Positions 40,990 to 52,085 of a DNA stretch of 64,000 nucleotides are shown piece after piece. The notes under the pieces were generated by a model, which was not told the DNA's origin, did not search any database, and worked only from the letters and a program-made list of their open reading frames with translations. Numbering within the stretch: the first letter of the stretch is position 1; each line of letters opens with the position of its first letter. Source of the DNA: an uncultured Candidatus Entotheonella sp. (GTDB taxonomy: Bacteria; Tectomicrobia; Entotheonellia; Entotheonellales; Entotheonellaceae); contig CBDCDA010000001.1 of NCBI GenBank assembly GCA_965215335.1, positions 448,001 through 512,000 on the forward strand. The letters are read 5' to 3'. Made by a program: the position numbers and the translations under genes.

Positions 40990-42129
40990 ATGCCGCCCGT
41001 TCACTATCGACCCGAGGCATTTCCGCCACGAGACTGCCTGGATTGGGGACAACTGATTCCACTTATCGGCCCTGCATCGGCTTCTGTGGCACGCTATGAT
41101 GGCTTGCTTGCCGCCATGCCAAATCCGGACAACCTGCTGACCCTTCCCTCGCTCCAGGAAGCCGTCGTTTCATCACGTATCGATGGCGGGCGGGCGACCC
41201 TGGGTGAGGTGTTGCAATTCGAGGCCGGGCAGAAAGTCGATTCGTCGCTGTTGCGCCGCAACATTGAACAAACCCTGAACTACCCCTTGGCGCTACGCAA
41301 GGCGGAACAGATGCTGACGGAACTGCCGCTCTGTCTGGGTGTCATCCGCGAGGTGCACCGGACGCTGCTGGGTGGCACACAACGAACCGAACAGGTGCCC
41401 GGCGAATTACGGCATGGCCCCAGCCGAGTCGGACGTCCCGGGGTCGCGGCTGCGGCTGAGAGGACTCACTACGTCCCCATCGAGGCGTCCGAGTTGCCGG
41501 ACGCCGTTGGCAAGTGGGAGCGTTACATTCACGAAACGGTGCCGGACCGCCTGATTCAGCTTGCCATTCTGCACGCGGAATTCGAGGCGCTGCACCCGTT
41601 TGCCGAGGGCAACGGACGCCTCGGGCGCATGCTTGTGCCCTTGTTTCTCTGGCAGCAGGGAATGCTTCGACGACCGGTCTTCTACATCAGCGCCTACTTC
41701 GAGGAACGACGCGACCTCTATTACGATGGATTGCTGGCGATTTTTCGCGACGGCAACTGGACAACCTGGTGCCGCTACTTTCTCGAAGCCTTGCGCGTGC
41801 AGGCCGAAGACAACCTGGCGAAGGCACAGGCGATCCTTGCTCTCTATGACCGAACCACCCGTCACTTCTCCATCATCACCCGTTCTCCAAATACGGTTGA
41901 CGCTCTGACGTGGTTATTCGGCCATCCGGTCCTGCGCAGTTCGGACTTCACCACCGCAGCGGGGGTGCCCAAACGAACGGCGCACCGGTTGCTCGGCACG
42001 CTGATGGAGGAAGGCATTCTGCACGAAATCAGAGCCGCCAACGGGCGCCGGCCAGCGATGCTCGGCTTTCCCGGCCTGCTCAACCTCGCCGCAATGGATT
42101 CAGACCTTTATTCGTTATATGGCGCATAA
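40990..42129 (+). CDS. Fic family protein
   Basis: HPFAEGNGRLGR Fic motif; N-terminal SSRIDG; C-terminal wHTH-like region. Confidence 0.9.
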   Translation: MPPVHYRPEAFPPRDCLDWGQLIPLIGPASASVARYDGLLAAMPNPDNLLTLPSLQEAVVSSRIDGGRATLGEVLQFEAGQKVDSSLLRRNIEQTLNYPLALRKAEQMLTELPLCLGVIREVHRTLLGGTQRTEQVPGELRHGPSRVGRPGVAAAAERTHYVPIEASELPDAVGKWERYIHETVPDRLIQLAILHAEFEALHPFAEGNGRLGRMLVPLFLWQQGMLRRPVFYISAYFEERRDLYYDGLLAIFRDGNWTTWCRYFLEALRVQAEDNLAKAQAILALYDRTTRHFSIITRSPNTVDALTWLFGHPVLRSSDFTTAAGVPKRTAHRLLGTLMEEGILHEIRAANGRRPAMLGFPGLLNLAAMDSDLYSLYGA

Positions 42130-42350
42130 AATGATTTTTTATGCCACATAATTCACAAAAGGACTCTCCAGATATTGCAGCCGCTTCTGACGAACCCCGC
42201 CCCGTGGCTTCCCCGCAATTGTTTCCCGAGACGCCCCCCCCGAACGTTGCGCGCACTCCATCATTCCAACAAAACACCTCCGAAGGAACCGATAGGGGGA
42301 AGCTGCCCTACGTCGAGGGCGCTTCCGGGCTGGCTTTGCTCCCGGAAAAC

Positions 42351-42487
42351 CTGGATTCCGGCTTTCCATCGGGGTGACAGCCTGGGGGGACCTGCATTCC
42401 TGCCGTGTGTGGTATTGCAAGGCCATCGGTAATTGCTGCGAAATTCCCCGCCCACCAATTGTCATTACCCGCGAAAGCGGGAATCCA
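42351..42487. repeat. Degenerate REP-like units related to 3649-3725
   Basis: ctggattccggctttc..ggggtgac (42351-42378) and gtcattacccgcgaaagcgggaatcca (42461-42487). Confidence 0.6.
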
Positions 42488-42743
42488 ATGGTCTCGGCCT
42501 GGAAAACTACCGGAGTGCTGCCGCTGTAGCCGTCGCCGTACAAGTGGTGCGCACTCACCTGAACGCCGGCATGCAAACAAAGCGCCGGCCGCTCGTTGCC
42601 CATGCCTCGAATCAAAAATTCTCATGCTGTGGCAAACAAATACATTATGTTTGCCACACAGATAAGACCACAGAATCGCGCGTGCGCGGCGGTATGCAGA
42701 TCGTTTCGTTCAAGCAACGTCTCACGATTCCGCCCCGGTCGGC

Positions 42744-43682
42744 TCAAGTCGCCACGGCTGGCATCACACGGTCGGCAACTTGCTCAATGATGGCAATCTG
42801 CTGCGCCACGTCGTCGGTGCGAAAGTCGTAAGTGAGTTGGTGAATACCCATGTCCTGGCAGCGTCGGGCATCGTCAATGATGTCCTGTGTGGCGCCGACC
42901 AGGGCATTACCGGAGCGGAAGGCGGCCTCGCCGGTCAGGCCGATATCGGTGATGTGGAGGCTGCGCTTGAGGGAAATGGTGATGCCGCTTGGGTCACGGC
43001 CGGCACGCTCCGCCGCTTCGCGCAGATAGGGAAGGTGTTCGAGCACGTAAGCGGGGGTCTGGCGCGTCGGGTGCCAAGCCTGGCCATACGCAATCGTGCG
43101 CCGGATGGCGCGCCGGCTGTGACCACCGACCCAGATGGGCAGGGGATTCTGGACCGGCTTGGGCTGAAACTGCATGCCATCGAACTGGTAATACCGGCCG
43201 TGAAATTCCGGGTGCTCGTCGTTCCACAGCGTGCGGAAGATGCGCAGGAATTCGTCGCTCATGGGTCCACGCTCGGCGTATGGCACCCCGAGGCTTTGGA
43301 ACTCCTTTTCAAGCCAGCCGACGCCGACCCCGCAAATCGCCCGGCCGCCGCTCAGCACGTCCAGGGTGGCAAACATCTTGGCCTGCACGACGGGGTTGCG
43401 GTACGGCAGAATAATGACCGTGCTGCCCAGCCGGATGCGCTCGGTGACTGCTGCCACGTAGCACAGAACGCTGAGGGTTTCCAGGAAACCGACGCGCGCG
43501 TCCCGGGGAAACGAACCGTCAGCCGTGTAGGGATACTGATTGGTGCCGGCGGTGGGCAACAGAAGATGGTCGCCGCACCACAGCGACTCAAAACCAAGCG
43601 CTTCCGCGCGTTGGGCGAACTCGATGATGCTGGCGCCCTGCATGCCGTCCCCGCTGTGGGGCAATCCCAAGCCAAACCGCAT
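42744..43682 (-). CDS. LLM-class, probably F420-dependent oxidoreductase
   Basis: AEALGFESLWCGDH, LDVLSGGR..GVGVGW, PKPVQNPLPIWVGG. Confidence 0.9.
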   Translation of the reverse strand: MRFGLGLPHSGDGMQGASIIEFAQRAEALGFESLWCGDHLLLPTAGTNQYPYTADGSFPRDARVGFLETLSVLCYVAAVTERIRLGSTVIILPYRNPVVQAKMFATLDVLSGGRAICGVGVGWLEKEFQSLGVPYAERGPMSDEFLRIFRTLWNDEHPEFHGRYYQFDGMQFQPKPVQNPLPIWVGGHSRRAIRRTIAYGQAWHPTRQTPAYVLEHLPYLREAAERAGRDPSGITISLKRSLHITDIGLTGEAAFRSGNALVGATQDIIDDARRCQDMGIHQLTYDFRTDDVAQQIAIIEQVADRVMPAVAT

Positions 43683-43809
43683 GTCGCATCTCCTTCAGTT
43701 GACGGGTTTCGATGGCAAGCGTGGCATCATAGCATGGGGTGCCGGCGGTTGAAATTTTGCTTCTCGCCTGCAAGAATTTCGCTGTCCAAGGCCAGAACTC
43801 GGAGGTTCG

Positions 43810-44139
43810 ATGATGCCGGATTGGGAAGAACACGGCGCGCCCGGCCACGGCGTCGGGAGGCTCGCCGAGACCACCACGCAAATCGAAAAACCGCCTCTGT
43901 TCAAAGTCCTGCTGCACAACGACGACTTCACCACCATGGAATTCGTGGTCGACATTCTGCAGCACGTCTTCCATCGCCCGGAGGCGGAGGCGTTGCACAT
44001 CATGCTGGCGGTGCATCATCAGGGCGTCGGCGTAGCGGGCGTCTACCCCTATGAAATCGCCGAGGCCAAGGCCAACAAGGTCACGGAACTCGCCGGGGCA
44101 CAGGAGTTTCCACTGCTGTGCACCCTGGAACAAGAGTAA
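43810..44139 (+). CDS. clpS: Clp protease adaptor
   Basis: KVLLHNDDFTTMEFVV, MLAVH, FPLLCTLE. Confidence 0.96.
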   Translation: MMPDWEEHGAPGHGVGRLAETTTQIEKPPLFKVLLHNDDFTTMEFVVDILQHVFHRPEAEALHIMLAVHHQGVGVAGVYPYEIAEAKANKVTELAGAQEFPLLCTLEQE

Positions 44140-44176
44140 CCAGAACGGCCGGAAACGGCGCACGGGTCACCCCACC

Positions 44177-46462
44177 ATGCTGACGCACGAATTGCAACGT
44201 TCCCTCAGCGCAGCCAGCCACACGGCCACGCGACAACACCACGAATACATTACGCTGGAGCACATCCTGCACGCCTTGCTCGATGACCCCACCGGCAGGG
44301 ACGTGATTCACAACTGCGGGGGCGACGTTGCGCAACTGAGGCACGCCCTGGAATCGTTCATGGCGGAGCACCTGCAGCCCTTGCCCGCCGGGGCGCAGGC
44401 GACGCCGCAGCCGACGGTCGCGTTCGAGCGTGTTCTGCAGCGCGCGTTGCTGCAAGCACAGGGATCGGGCCAGCCGGCGATCGACGGCGGCAACGTCCTG
44501 GTGGCGATGTTTCAGGAGACGCGATCCCACGCCGTTTATCTGCTGGCCAAGCAGGGAATCGGCAAGCTGGACGTTCTCAACTACATTTCCCACGGCATTT
44601 CCAAACGCGAGCTTGAGGAAGAGGACGACACGGCGGCGGAGTCCGCAACCCCCGGCGGCAAGGCCGGCGCTGACCGCGCAGCGCGCGGTCCGTTGGCCGC
44701 CTTCACGATCAATCTGATCGAGCTGGCCGAGAAGGGCAGTATCGACCCGCTCATCGGGCGCGAGGCGGAGATCAGACGCACCATCCAGGTCCTGTGCCGC
44801 CGCCGCAAAAACAACCCGGTGTACGTCGGCGAGCCGGGCGTCGGCAAAACGGCCGTCGCCGAGGGCCTGGCCCTCAGGATTCAACGCGGCGAGGTGCCAG
44901 ATGCCCTGCGCAACACCGGGGTTTACGCCCTGGACTTGGGTGCGCTCATCGCCGGCGCTCAGTACCGCGGCCAGTTCGAGCAGCGCCTCAAAGCCGTCCT
45001 CAAAGCGCTGCGCGACAAGCCGGGGGCCGTTCTGTTCATCGACGAAATCCACACCATCGTGCGCGCCGGCGCGGTCGAGGGCGGCATGATGGACGCCTCG
45101 AACCTGCTCAAGCCCGCCTTGGCCGGCGGGGAATTACGGTGCATCGGCGCGACCACCTTTCCCGAATACAAAGCCTCCTTCGAGCGCGACAAGGCCCTCG
45201 GCCGGCGGTTTCAGAAGATCGACATCGACGAGCCTTCCGTGGCCGATACCCAACGCATCCTGCAAGGGCTGCGAGGCTATTACGAGACCCATCACGGCAT
45301 CACATACAGCGATGCGGCCCTGGGCGCGGCGGCTGAATTGTCCGCCAAGCACATCAGCGACCGCTTCCTGCCGGACAAGGCCATCGACGTGATTGACGAA
45401 GCGGGTGCAGCGGTGAAACTACTGCCTGAAGACGATCGGACTGGCAAGCAGATTGCCGTGTCTGACATTGAGCGGGTGGTGGCCGGCATGGCCCGAATTC
45501 CCGCGCGCTCCGTTTCGGGTTCGGACAAAGACCGCCTCGCCGGCCTGGAAAAGGCGCTGAAAGCCGTCATTTACGGGCAGGATCACGCCATCGAGCGGGT
45601 CGTCAAGGCCGTGAAGCTCTCGCGTTCCGGTCTGGGTGCGGCCACGAAACCGATCGGCTCGTTCCTGTTCGCCGGCCCCACCGGGGTGGGCAAGACCGAA
45701 CTCGCCAGACAACTCGCCAGCGTGCTCGGTGTCAGCTTCATTCGCTTCGACATGAGCGAGTACATGGAGAAACACACCGTGTCGCGTCTGATCGGGGCGC
45801 CGCCGGGTTACGTCGGCTTCGATCAAGGCGGGCTGTTGACCGACGCGGTCGTGAAAACGCCGCACGCTGTTCTGGCGCTGGACGAAATCGAGAAGGCGCA
45901 TCCCGACGTGTTCAACCTGCTGCTGCAGGTGATGGACCACGCCGCCCTGACGGACAACAACGGCAAAAAGGCGGACTTCCGCAACGTCATCGTCATCATG
46001 ACCACCAACGCCGGCGCCCGTGAAATCGCCAGCGAGGAGATCGGCTTTCGCGCCTCCGGCGCGAAACGCGGCGGCGGTCCGGGCGCGGCAGCAGCGAAAG
46101 CCAGGACCGCTATCGAGCGCACCTTCAGCCCCGAGTTTCGCAATCGCCTTGATGCCTGGATCCAGTTCAACGCGCTTACCGTGGCGGACGTGGAGCGGGT
46201 GGTGGACAAGTTCATCGACGAACTACGGGGCAAGCTTGCCGAAAAGCGGGTCAGCCTGGACCTGACGGATGCGGCGCGGCGCTGGCTGGCACAGGAGGGT
46301 TTTGACCGTTTCCACGGTGCGCGCCCGATGGCTCGCTTGATCCGGCAGCGCATCACCGAGCCGTTGTCCGAAGCGATTCTGTTCGGGGACCTGCAGGAGG
46401 GTGGCCGAGCAGTCGTCAAAGTCAGAAGGAACGACTTGGCACTGGCGTTTCGCGCGTCGTAG
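44177..46462 (+). CDS. clpA: ATP-dependent Clp protease ATP-binding subunit
   Basis: Two AAA modules ([16 protein letters not shown]), no M-domain, directly after clpS. Confidence 0.96.
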   Translation: MLTHELQRSLSAASHTATRQHHEYITLEHILHALLDDPTGRDVIHNCGGDVAQLRHALESFMAEHLQPLPAGAQATPQPTVAFERVLQRALLQAQGSGQPAIDGGNVLVAMFQETRSHAVYLLAKQGIGKLDVLNYISHGISKRELEEEDDTAAESATPGGKAGADRAARGPLAAFTINLIELAEKGSIDPLIGREAEIRRTIQVLCRRRKNNPVYVGEPGVGKTAVAEGLALRIQRGEVPDALRNTGVYALDLGALIAGAQYRGQFEQRLKAVLKALRDKPGAVLFIDEIHTIVRAGAVEGGMMDASNLLKPALAGGELRCIGATTFPEYKASFERDKALGRRFQKIDIDEPSVADTQRILQGLRGYYETHHGITYSDAALGAAAELSAKHISDRFLPDKAIDVIDEAGAAVKLLPEDDRTGKQIAVSDIERVVAGMARIPARSVSGSDKDRLAGLEKALKAVIYGQDHAIERVVKAVKLSRSGLGAATKPIGSFLFAGPTGVGKTELARQLASVLGVSFIRFDMSEYMEKHTVSRLIGAPPGYVGFDQGGLLTDAVVKTPHAVLALDEIEKAHPDVFNLLLQVMDHAALTDNNGKKADFRNVIVIMTTNAGAREIASEEIGFRASGAKRGGGPGAAAAKARTAIERTFSPEFRNRLDAWIQFNALTVADVERVVDKFIDELRGKLAEKRVSLDLTDAARRWLAQEGFDRFHGARPMARLIRQRITEPLSEAILFGDLQEGGRAVVKVRRNDLALAFRAS

Positions 46463-46483
46463 ACCGGCCCCATGCCTGGCCGG

Positions 46484-47869
46484 TCAGAACTCCAGGTGCT
46501 TGGGCGTGCGGGGGAAGGGGATGACGTCGCGGATATTCGTAACGCCGGTGACCATCATCAGAAAACGCTCGAAGCCCAGCCCGAAACCGGCATGCGGGGC
46601 CGTCCCGAAACGTCGGATGTCGAGATACCACCAATAATCCTGCGGCCGCAGGCCGAACTCGGCGAGGCGCCGTTCGAGCACCTCCAGGCGCTCCTCACGC
46701 TGGCTCCCACCGATGAGCTCACCGATGCGCGGCACCAGCAGATCCATGGCCGCCACCGTCTGGCCGTCGTCGTTCAGCCGCATGTAAAAGGATTTGATCT
46801 CCCTGGGATAGTCGTGCACCATGACCGGCTTCTTGCAGTAGTCCTCCGTCAGATAGCGCTCGTGTTCGGTCTGCAGGTCCACCCCGTAGGCAACCGGAAA
46901 CTGGAACGCCTTGCCCGAACGCTGCAAGACGTCGATGGCCTCGCCGTACGGCATGCGCACGTAGGACTCCTCGGCGATCAGGCGCAGGTTCGCCATCAGG
47001 TCGGGATCGACGAAGCGAGCGAACAACTCCAGGTCGGCGGCGCACGCCGCCAGGGCATGCTGCACCAAGCTCCGCACCAGGTCCTCGCCCAGGTCCATGT
47101 CGTCTTGCAGGTCGGCGAACGCCATTTCCGGCTCGATCATCCAGAATTCGGCGGCGTGTCGCGGGGTGTTGGAATTTTCCGCCCGGAACGTTGGCCCGAA
47201 GGTGTACACGTTGCCCAACGCGCAGGCGAACAGCTCGGCCTCCAGTTGCCCGGACACGGTGAGGTTGGCTTCCTTGCCGAAAAAGTCGTCCGCCACGTCG
47301 GGCCGTTCCGGAGCGCCGGACGGCAGGGAAAAGGGCAGGGTGGTGACGCGAAACATCTCGCCGGCGCCCTCGCAATCCGAGCCGGTAATGATGGGGGTGT
47401 GCAGGTGGTGAAAGCCGCGTTGGCGGAAGAACTGGTGCACGGCGAAGGCCGTTTCGGAGCGGATGCGGAACAGGGCGCCGTACTTGTTGGTGCGCGGGCG
47501 CAGATGGGCGATGGAACGCAGGAACTCGTCGGAGTGGCGCTTTTTCTGCAGCGGGTAGGTGTCCGGGTCGGCGCCACCCAGCAACCGAAGGGCACTGGCG
47601 TGCACTTCCCACTGCTGGTTCTTGCCGGGCGATGCGACCAACACGCCCTCGGCCTCGACCGCGGCGCCGGTGGTGATCGTGTCCAGGGCCCCGGCGGCGG
47701 GGGTGGCGGCGTCGACGATGACCTGCAGATTCTTCAGGCACGAGCCGTCATTGATCTCCAAGAACGACAAGCCCTTGGCGTCGCGCCGGGTACGCACCCA
47801 GCCCTTGACCAGAATGGCATCCCTTGCCTGCGCGCTGTCCAGCGCTTCGAGGACCCGCGTGCGTCTCAT
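46484..47869 (-). CDS. asnS: Asparagine--tRNA ligase
   Basis: LTVSGQL, FRAENSNT.RH, GGSQRE, GFGLGFER. Confidence 0.96.
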   Translation of the reverse strand: MRRTRVLEALDSAQARDAILVKGWVRTRRDAKGLSFLEINDGSCLKNLQVIVDAATPAAGALDTITTGAAVEAEGVLVASPGKNQQWEVHASALRLLGGADPDTYPLQKKRHSDEFLRSIAHLRPRTNKYGALFRIRSETAFAVHQFFRQRGFHHLHTPIITGSDCEGAGEMFRVTTLPFSLPSGAPERPDVADDFFGKEANLTVSGQLEAELFACALGNVYTFGPTFRAENSNTPRHAAEFWMIEPEMAFADLQDDMDLGEDLVRSLVQHALAACAADLELFARFVDPDLMANLRLIAEESYVRMPYGEAIDVLQRSGKAFQFPVAYGVDLQTEHERYLTEDYCKKPVMVHDYPREIKSFYMRLNDDGQTVAAMDLLVPRIGELIGGSQREERLEVLERRLAEFGLRPQDYWWYLDIRRFGTAPHAGFGLGFERFLMMVTGVTNIRDVIPFPRTPKHLEF

Positions 47870-49044
47870 GGCTTGTGTCCGTCCCCAGCCCCCAGGACGT
47901 CCGCTACCTGCCTCACCACCGTATCGACTTCGTCCCGGCTGATCGTCAGAGGCGGCAGAAAGCGCAGCACCGTGGCCCCGGCCGCCAAGGCCAGCACGCC
48001 GCGCGCCATCAGGACCCGCAAATGCGGCGCGACTTTCTCTTTCAACTCCATGCCGATCATGAGGCCAAAGCCGCGCACGTCGCGCACCTGGGGCGCCTGC
48101 AAGGCGCGCAGGCTGTCGGCGAAATACCGGCCGACCTCGGCGGCGCGCTCGGGCAAGCGCTCCTCCTGCAGGATGTCGAGCACGGTGGCGGCGACGGCGC
48201 AGGCCAAGGGATTGCCGCCGAACGTCGAGCTGTGCAGCCCCTTGGGGATGCGCCCGACCCGTTCGCCGATGGCGCAGGCCCCCATGGGAAGTCCGCCGGC
48301 CATTGCCTTGGCCATGGCGAGGATATCCGGCTCCAGCCCGTAATGGTCGCAGGCGAAGAACTTCCCGGTGCGTCCGAAGCCCGTCTGGACTTCGTCAATG
48401 ATCAACAGAACCCCCCGGTGGCGGCAAAGCGCCTGAGCGCCCTGCAAGTAGCCCGCGCTCGCCGGGCGCACGCCACCTTCGCCCTGCACGACCTCCAACA
48501 AGACCGCGGCGGTGTCGTCGTCGAGGGCCGCTTCGAGTGCCGGCAGCTTATCGTAAGGCACGTGCCGGTAACCCCCGGGCAGCAGTCCGGCAACCTCGCG
48601 GTGCTTCGGGTCCCAGGTCGCCGCCAGGGCGCCCAGAGTGCGGCCGTGGTAACCCCGGGCAGCGGCCACGACGCCGTTCTTTCCGGTACTGGCGCGGGCG
48701 AATTTCAGCGCGCCTTCAATCGCCTCGGTGCCGGAGTTGCACAAAAAGATGCGGCCGAGACCCGGCGGCGTGCGGGCAGCCAGCTTTTCCAGCAGGGCGG
48801 CGCGGCGGTCGTTGTAAAACAGTTCGGGGCAGGTGGTGAGCGTCCGGGCCTGCTGGGCCAAGGTTTCCACGACCCTGGGATGCGCGTGCCCGACGCTGGC
48901 CACCCCCATGCCGCTGGCGCAGTCGATGTATTCAGTCCCCTCGGCGTCCCAAAGGCGGGCGCCCTCGCCGCGCACGATCGTCACGCCGCGCTTGGCGTAC
49001 ACACCGGTTGAATAGCGTTCTTCGATGTCCTGCACCAGGTCCAT
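47866..49044 (-). CDS. lysJ: [LysW]-aminoadipate/glutamate semialdehyde transaminase
   Basis: Class III aminotransferase (NSGTEA, DEVQTG, AKAM, TFGGNP) within the lysW cluster. Confidence 0.85.
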   Translation of the reverse strand: MDLVQDIEERYSTGVYAKRGVTIVRGEGARLWDAEGTEYIDCASGMGVASVGHAHPRVVETLAQQARTLTTCPELFYNDRRAALLEKLAARTPPGLGRIFLCNSGTEAIEGALKFARASTGKNGVVAAARGYHGRTLGALAATWDPKHREVAGLLPGGYRHVPYDKLPALEAALDDDTAAVLLEVVQGEGGVRPASAGYLQGAQALCRHRGVLLIIDEVQTGFGRTGKFFACDHYGLEPDILAMAKAMAGGLPMGACAIGERVGRIPKGLHSSTFGGNPLACAVAATVLDILQEERLPERAAEVGRYFADSLRALQAPQVRDVRGFGLMIGMELKEKVAPHLRVLMARGVLALAAGATVLRFLPPLTISRDEVDTVVRQVADVLGAGDGHKP

Positions 49045-49055
49045 GCCAACTCCCT

Positions 49056-49859
49056 TCAACGCAGCACCGTGCCGCACCCCTGCAGCGCCCGGCGGATGGG
49101 TTGTTGCAAGCGGGCGTCACCCAGGATGACCGTGCCGACGCCGCCTTCCAGCGCCTCCCGCGTCCCCATGACCTTCTTTTTCATGCGTCCCTGGGCGATG
49201 TCCATGGCGGCGTCCAGCTGGTCTCGTTCCACGCACCGGACAAGTGAATCGGCGTCGTCGAGGTCGCGCAGCAGGCCCGGCACGTTCGACAGCATGACCA
49301 GGGTTTCGGCCTCACAGGCAACCGCCAGGACGGCGGCGGCGCGGTCGCCATCGACATTGATGATCTCGCTGTCATAACTCAGCGCCGGCGGACACAGTAC
49401 CGGTGTGTAGCCGTTGTCCAGCAGCAGGGTGAGCAGGCCGGTGTTGACGCGCTCGACGCGCCCCGTGAAGTCGTCGCGCAGCACCCGGCGCTTGCCGTCT
49501 TCCACGACCTTGATGGCCGCCTTGCGCGTCCCTTCCATGCTGCGCCCGTCGGCCCCGCACAGCCCGACGGCGTTGACCCCGAGCTGCTGCAGGCGTTCGA
49601 CGAACAGCTTGTTCAGCTTGCCGACGTAGGCCATGCAGAACAGCATCAGCGTCTCGCGGTCGGTATAGCGGCTCTGCATGCCCGAAATCGAGGTGACGAA
49701 GCGCGGCGGCTTGCCCAAAGCCTCTGAGAGCACGTTCGTCTCATGGCTGGCGCCGTGTACGAGAATCAGCTGTTCGCCTTGCTGCGTGAGATCCTGCACG
49801 TCCTGGCACACCGCGTCGATGGGAATGCCCTCGCCGCCACCGATTTTTACTACGAGCAT
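49056..49859 (-). CDS. lysZ: [LysW]-aminoadipate/glutamate kinase
   Basis: VVKIGG, SRYTD, NVDGDRAAA, GRMKKK. Confidence 0.9.
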   Translation of the reverse strand: MLVVKIGGGEGIPIDAVCQDVQDLTQQGEQLILVHGASHETNVLSEALGKPPRFVTSISGMQSRYTDRETLMLFCMAYVGKLNKLFVERLQQLGVNAVGLCGADGRSMEGTRKAAIKVVEDGKRRVLRDDFTGRVERVNTGLLTLLLDNGYTPVLCPPALSYDSEIINVDGDRAAAVLAVACEAETLVMLSNVPGLLRDLDDADSLVRCVERDQLDAAMDIAQGRMKKKVMGTREALEGGVGTVILGDARLQQPIRRALQGCGTVLR

Positions 49860-49878
49860 GATGGTTCCTTGAGCGTGG

Positions 49879-50200
49879 TCAGACGAATACCGCTGGCGAG
49901 ACCTTGAATCGTTCTGCCAAGGCCCGAATCTGTTTGACGTTCAGTTCCCCTTTACCATGCAGGATTTCGGAGACCACGCCTTGTGAACCGATCTCCGGCA
50001 GGTCGATTGGGTCAGGCCGTGCTCGTCCATCAGGAAACCAGGCATGGCCGCCCCACGACACTCCGGCATGGGATGGTATTTTTCCTCATAGGCGTGGAGC
50101 ACCGTGCCCATGGTATCCAACAGCGTATACAGCGGGTGCTGCGCGAATTGCGAACGGCCAGGAGCGGGTCAGAATGATCGTCCCCATGCACGGTGGGCCG
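49879..50200 (-). pseudogene. HigA-like HTH antitoxin remnant
   Basis: HPLYTLLDTMGTVLHAYEEKY..LMDEHGLTQS / LPEIGSQGVVSEIL..QIRALAERFKVSPAVF; frameshifted. Confidence 0.75.
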
Positions 50201-50217
50201 TCCGCTCCAAGCCTCTG

Positions 50218-50553
50218 TCAGGCCCTGTCAGTACGATGGACGGCTTCCTTCACTACCTTGAACGACACGCTCTTGGTGCTCGGATAAATCTGCACATCGG
50301 TAAGTTGCTCTACGTTACCATCATCAAACACGGCCTTGAGGAAGAACCTACCGATCTTCTCCTCAAGGTCATCAAGAAAGCTGAACATTTGCTGATTCAC
50401 CATCTCCTCATATTCTTCAAACTGATGTTGAAGCATCGCCGGCATAAGGCTGAGATCAATCCGACCTGCAAAACAGCCGTCTTGCTCGGAAACCTTTGCC
50501 GTTGCGACAACCTGCCGACTTTGATCAATGATCGTGACTCGTTGAAAACTCAT
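50218..50553 (-). CDS. Hypothetical acidic protein
   Basis: Open 111-aa frame with ATGA overlap to the upstream gene. Confidence 0.6.
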   Translation of the reverse strand: MSFQRVTIIDQSRQVVATAKVSEQDGCFAGRIDLSLMPAMLQHQFEEYEEMVNQQMFSFLDDLEEKIGRFFLKAVFDDGNVEQLTDVQIYPSTKSVSFKVVKEAVHRTDRA

Positions 50554-50924
50554 GGCGCATGTCCTGACGTATCTGTGAAAACCGCCGATAGCCCGGCAAG
50601 ATTCTCGTCACTGAAGCCCATTTCGCCATCGGGATGGATGAGCCGATAATGGTTTGGCAGTTTCCTGGTAGGGTAGGGGATGATGTCGAAACCGGCACTG
50701 CGGATTTTGTCTGCTGTTGTCGAGCCAACGACTTGCGCCGTCTCGTGCAACCTGTCGGCTGCCGGGAACGCCGCCCGCATCTGACGGGCCGCTTCACTGG
50801 GCGAAGCAGATTGCAAAACGGAAATTCCAGGCGGGCTGAGAGTTACCTCTCTGGGCTTCAACCGGAGATTTGCCATGCCACCACCCCCGACGCGATGCAT
50901 ATCATCGGATCCGGTTCTCGACAC
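50550..50924 (-). CDS. Hypothetical protein (start uncertain)
   Basis: Open frame with a GISV motif and a PNH motif; translationally coupled to the downstream ORF. Confidence 0.55.
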   Translation of the reverse strand: MSRTGSDDMHRVGGGGMANLRLKPREVTLSPPGISVLQSASPSEAARQMRAAFPAADRLHETAQVVGSTTADKIRSAGFDIIPYPTRKLPNHYRLIHPDGEMGFSDENLAGLSAVFTDTSGHAP

Positions 50925-51020
50925 CTCACCCCTCTCATCTTTTCCTTTCCCTGCCTCTAAATGATTCCACTTTGAAATCAAGAGTTTTTGACAACCGCTC
51001 GCCCGATTTCGGCCTTTTCT

Positions 51021-51051
51021 ATAGGTCAGATTAGCGAAGCGTAATCCGACA
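51021..51051. repeat. REP-like palindrome
   Basis: ataggtcagattagcgaagcgtaatccgaca: GTAG-type REP hairpin. Confidence 0.6.
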
Positions 51052-51179
51052 TCTCCGCTGCGAAAACACCGCCATGCCCAAGAAGATGAAGCGCCTCCTG
51101 TTCAATAGCTTTGGAGTCTAAATTTTCACCTCCCTGCTTTTCGCGTGCCTGTGGACTTGAACGCCCCTGCAAGCGGTCC

Positions 51180-51398
51180 TTGCACAACAACTGGCGTGAG
51201 GCTGAACACCCGTGCGTATTTTGCGGCAGTCTTAACGTCGCCTCGACGAAAGAGCCTCCCGTACATCGTCGATACGATACGCGGCTTCAAGAGAGAGATA
51301 CGGTGACCATTCTCCAGGCACCCTCACTACTACTCCACGTCAATTTCTGCGACGTAATTCCCCTCGTGAACGGGCTTCGTCCGTTTTCCCTTGTTCAT
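51180..51398 (-). pseudogene. Small TA-associated-like protein with stops and frameshifts
   Basis: MNKGKRTKPVHEGNYVAEIDVE**..WSPYLSLEAAYRIDDVREAL/RRGDVKTAAKYARVF. Confidence 0.5.
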
Positions 51399-51979
51399 TT
51401 GCGTTCGCGCTTTGAAGAAACCGGATTCCCGCGTCACTGATCTCCCATGTTCCACGTTGGCTGTTGCTCTGCAACAGCCCTTCTTTGACCATCGAATACC
51501 GCGCCCACTGGGCATTATTACTCCAGCGTGGCATCTCTGGATCAGAAGCGAGAGGCTCGTAATCGACGTCCCGCAAAATGCCCTTCATATGCCGGAATAC
51601 ATGGTCGAGAACCTCAGACACACGCGCCGAGCCACCCAAGGCTTCAAGGGCTTTAAGGATTGGACGATAATAGGCTTTTTGGGGAGTGCGCAAGTCCACG
51701 CTGTACACGGCCCAAGTTACGACGTTCAGTGTGAACTTCTGAACCTTCCGCGTCTTCTTCCTGGGCGGAAAGAGTTTGCCATTCTCGATGAAGCCTATCT
51801 ACCTTATCGCGAAAAGCTGTGATCTGTTCTACATGTTCAAGAACGTCTTTCACCTTCTCATAATCACCACTTTCGAAGGTGTGGGCACCGAGACTTTTCA
51901 CGAGTTCAATTTCAGCCTCGATCTCCTCAAGGAGCATATCCAGAACGGCCGCCACGTTGGTTGAATTGTTCTCAATCAT
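51340..51979 (-). pseudogene. Mrr N-terminal winged-helix domain protein, frameshifted
   Basis: Coiled N-terminus, then (shift near 51695) YYRPILKALEALGGS..RWSNNAQWARYSMVKEGLL..RGTWEIS. Confidence 0.7.
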
Positions 51980-52085
51980 CGGAACCCCCTGGGGCAGGAT
52001 TGCGGTACCAGTCGTGCTTGCCGCCATGTCGCACGAGGATACAACCAAATCCCTCGATTGTTCTGATCAGATTGACTCGCTTCAT
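51972..52085 (-). pseudogene. HicA toxin, truncated
   Basis: MKRVNLIRTIEGFGCILVRHGGKHDWYRNP then stop; overlaps the hicB stop. Confidence 0.75.

Noticed and set aside
49860..49890. Copy of the lysY 3' end before lysZ
   Set aside because: Only a gt.tga similarity, not distinguishable from chance.
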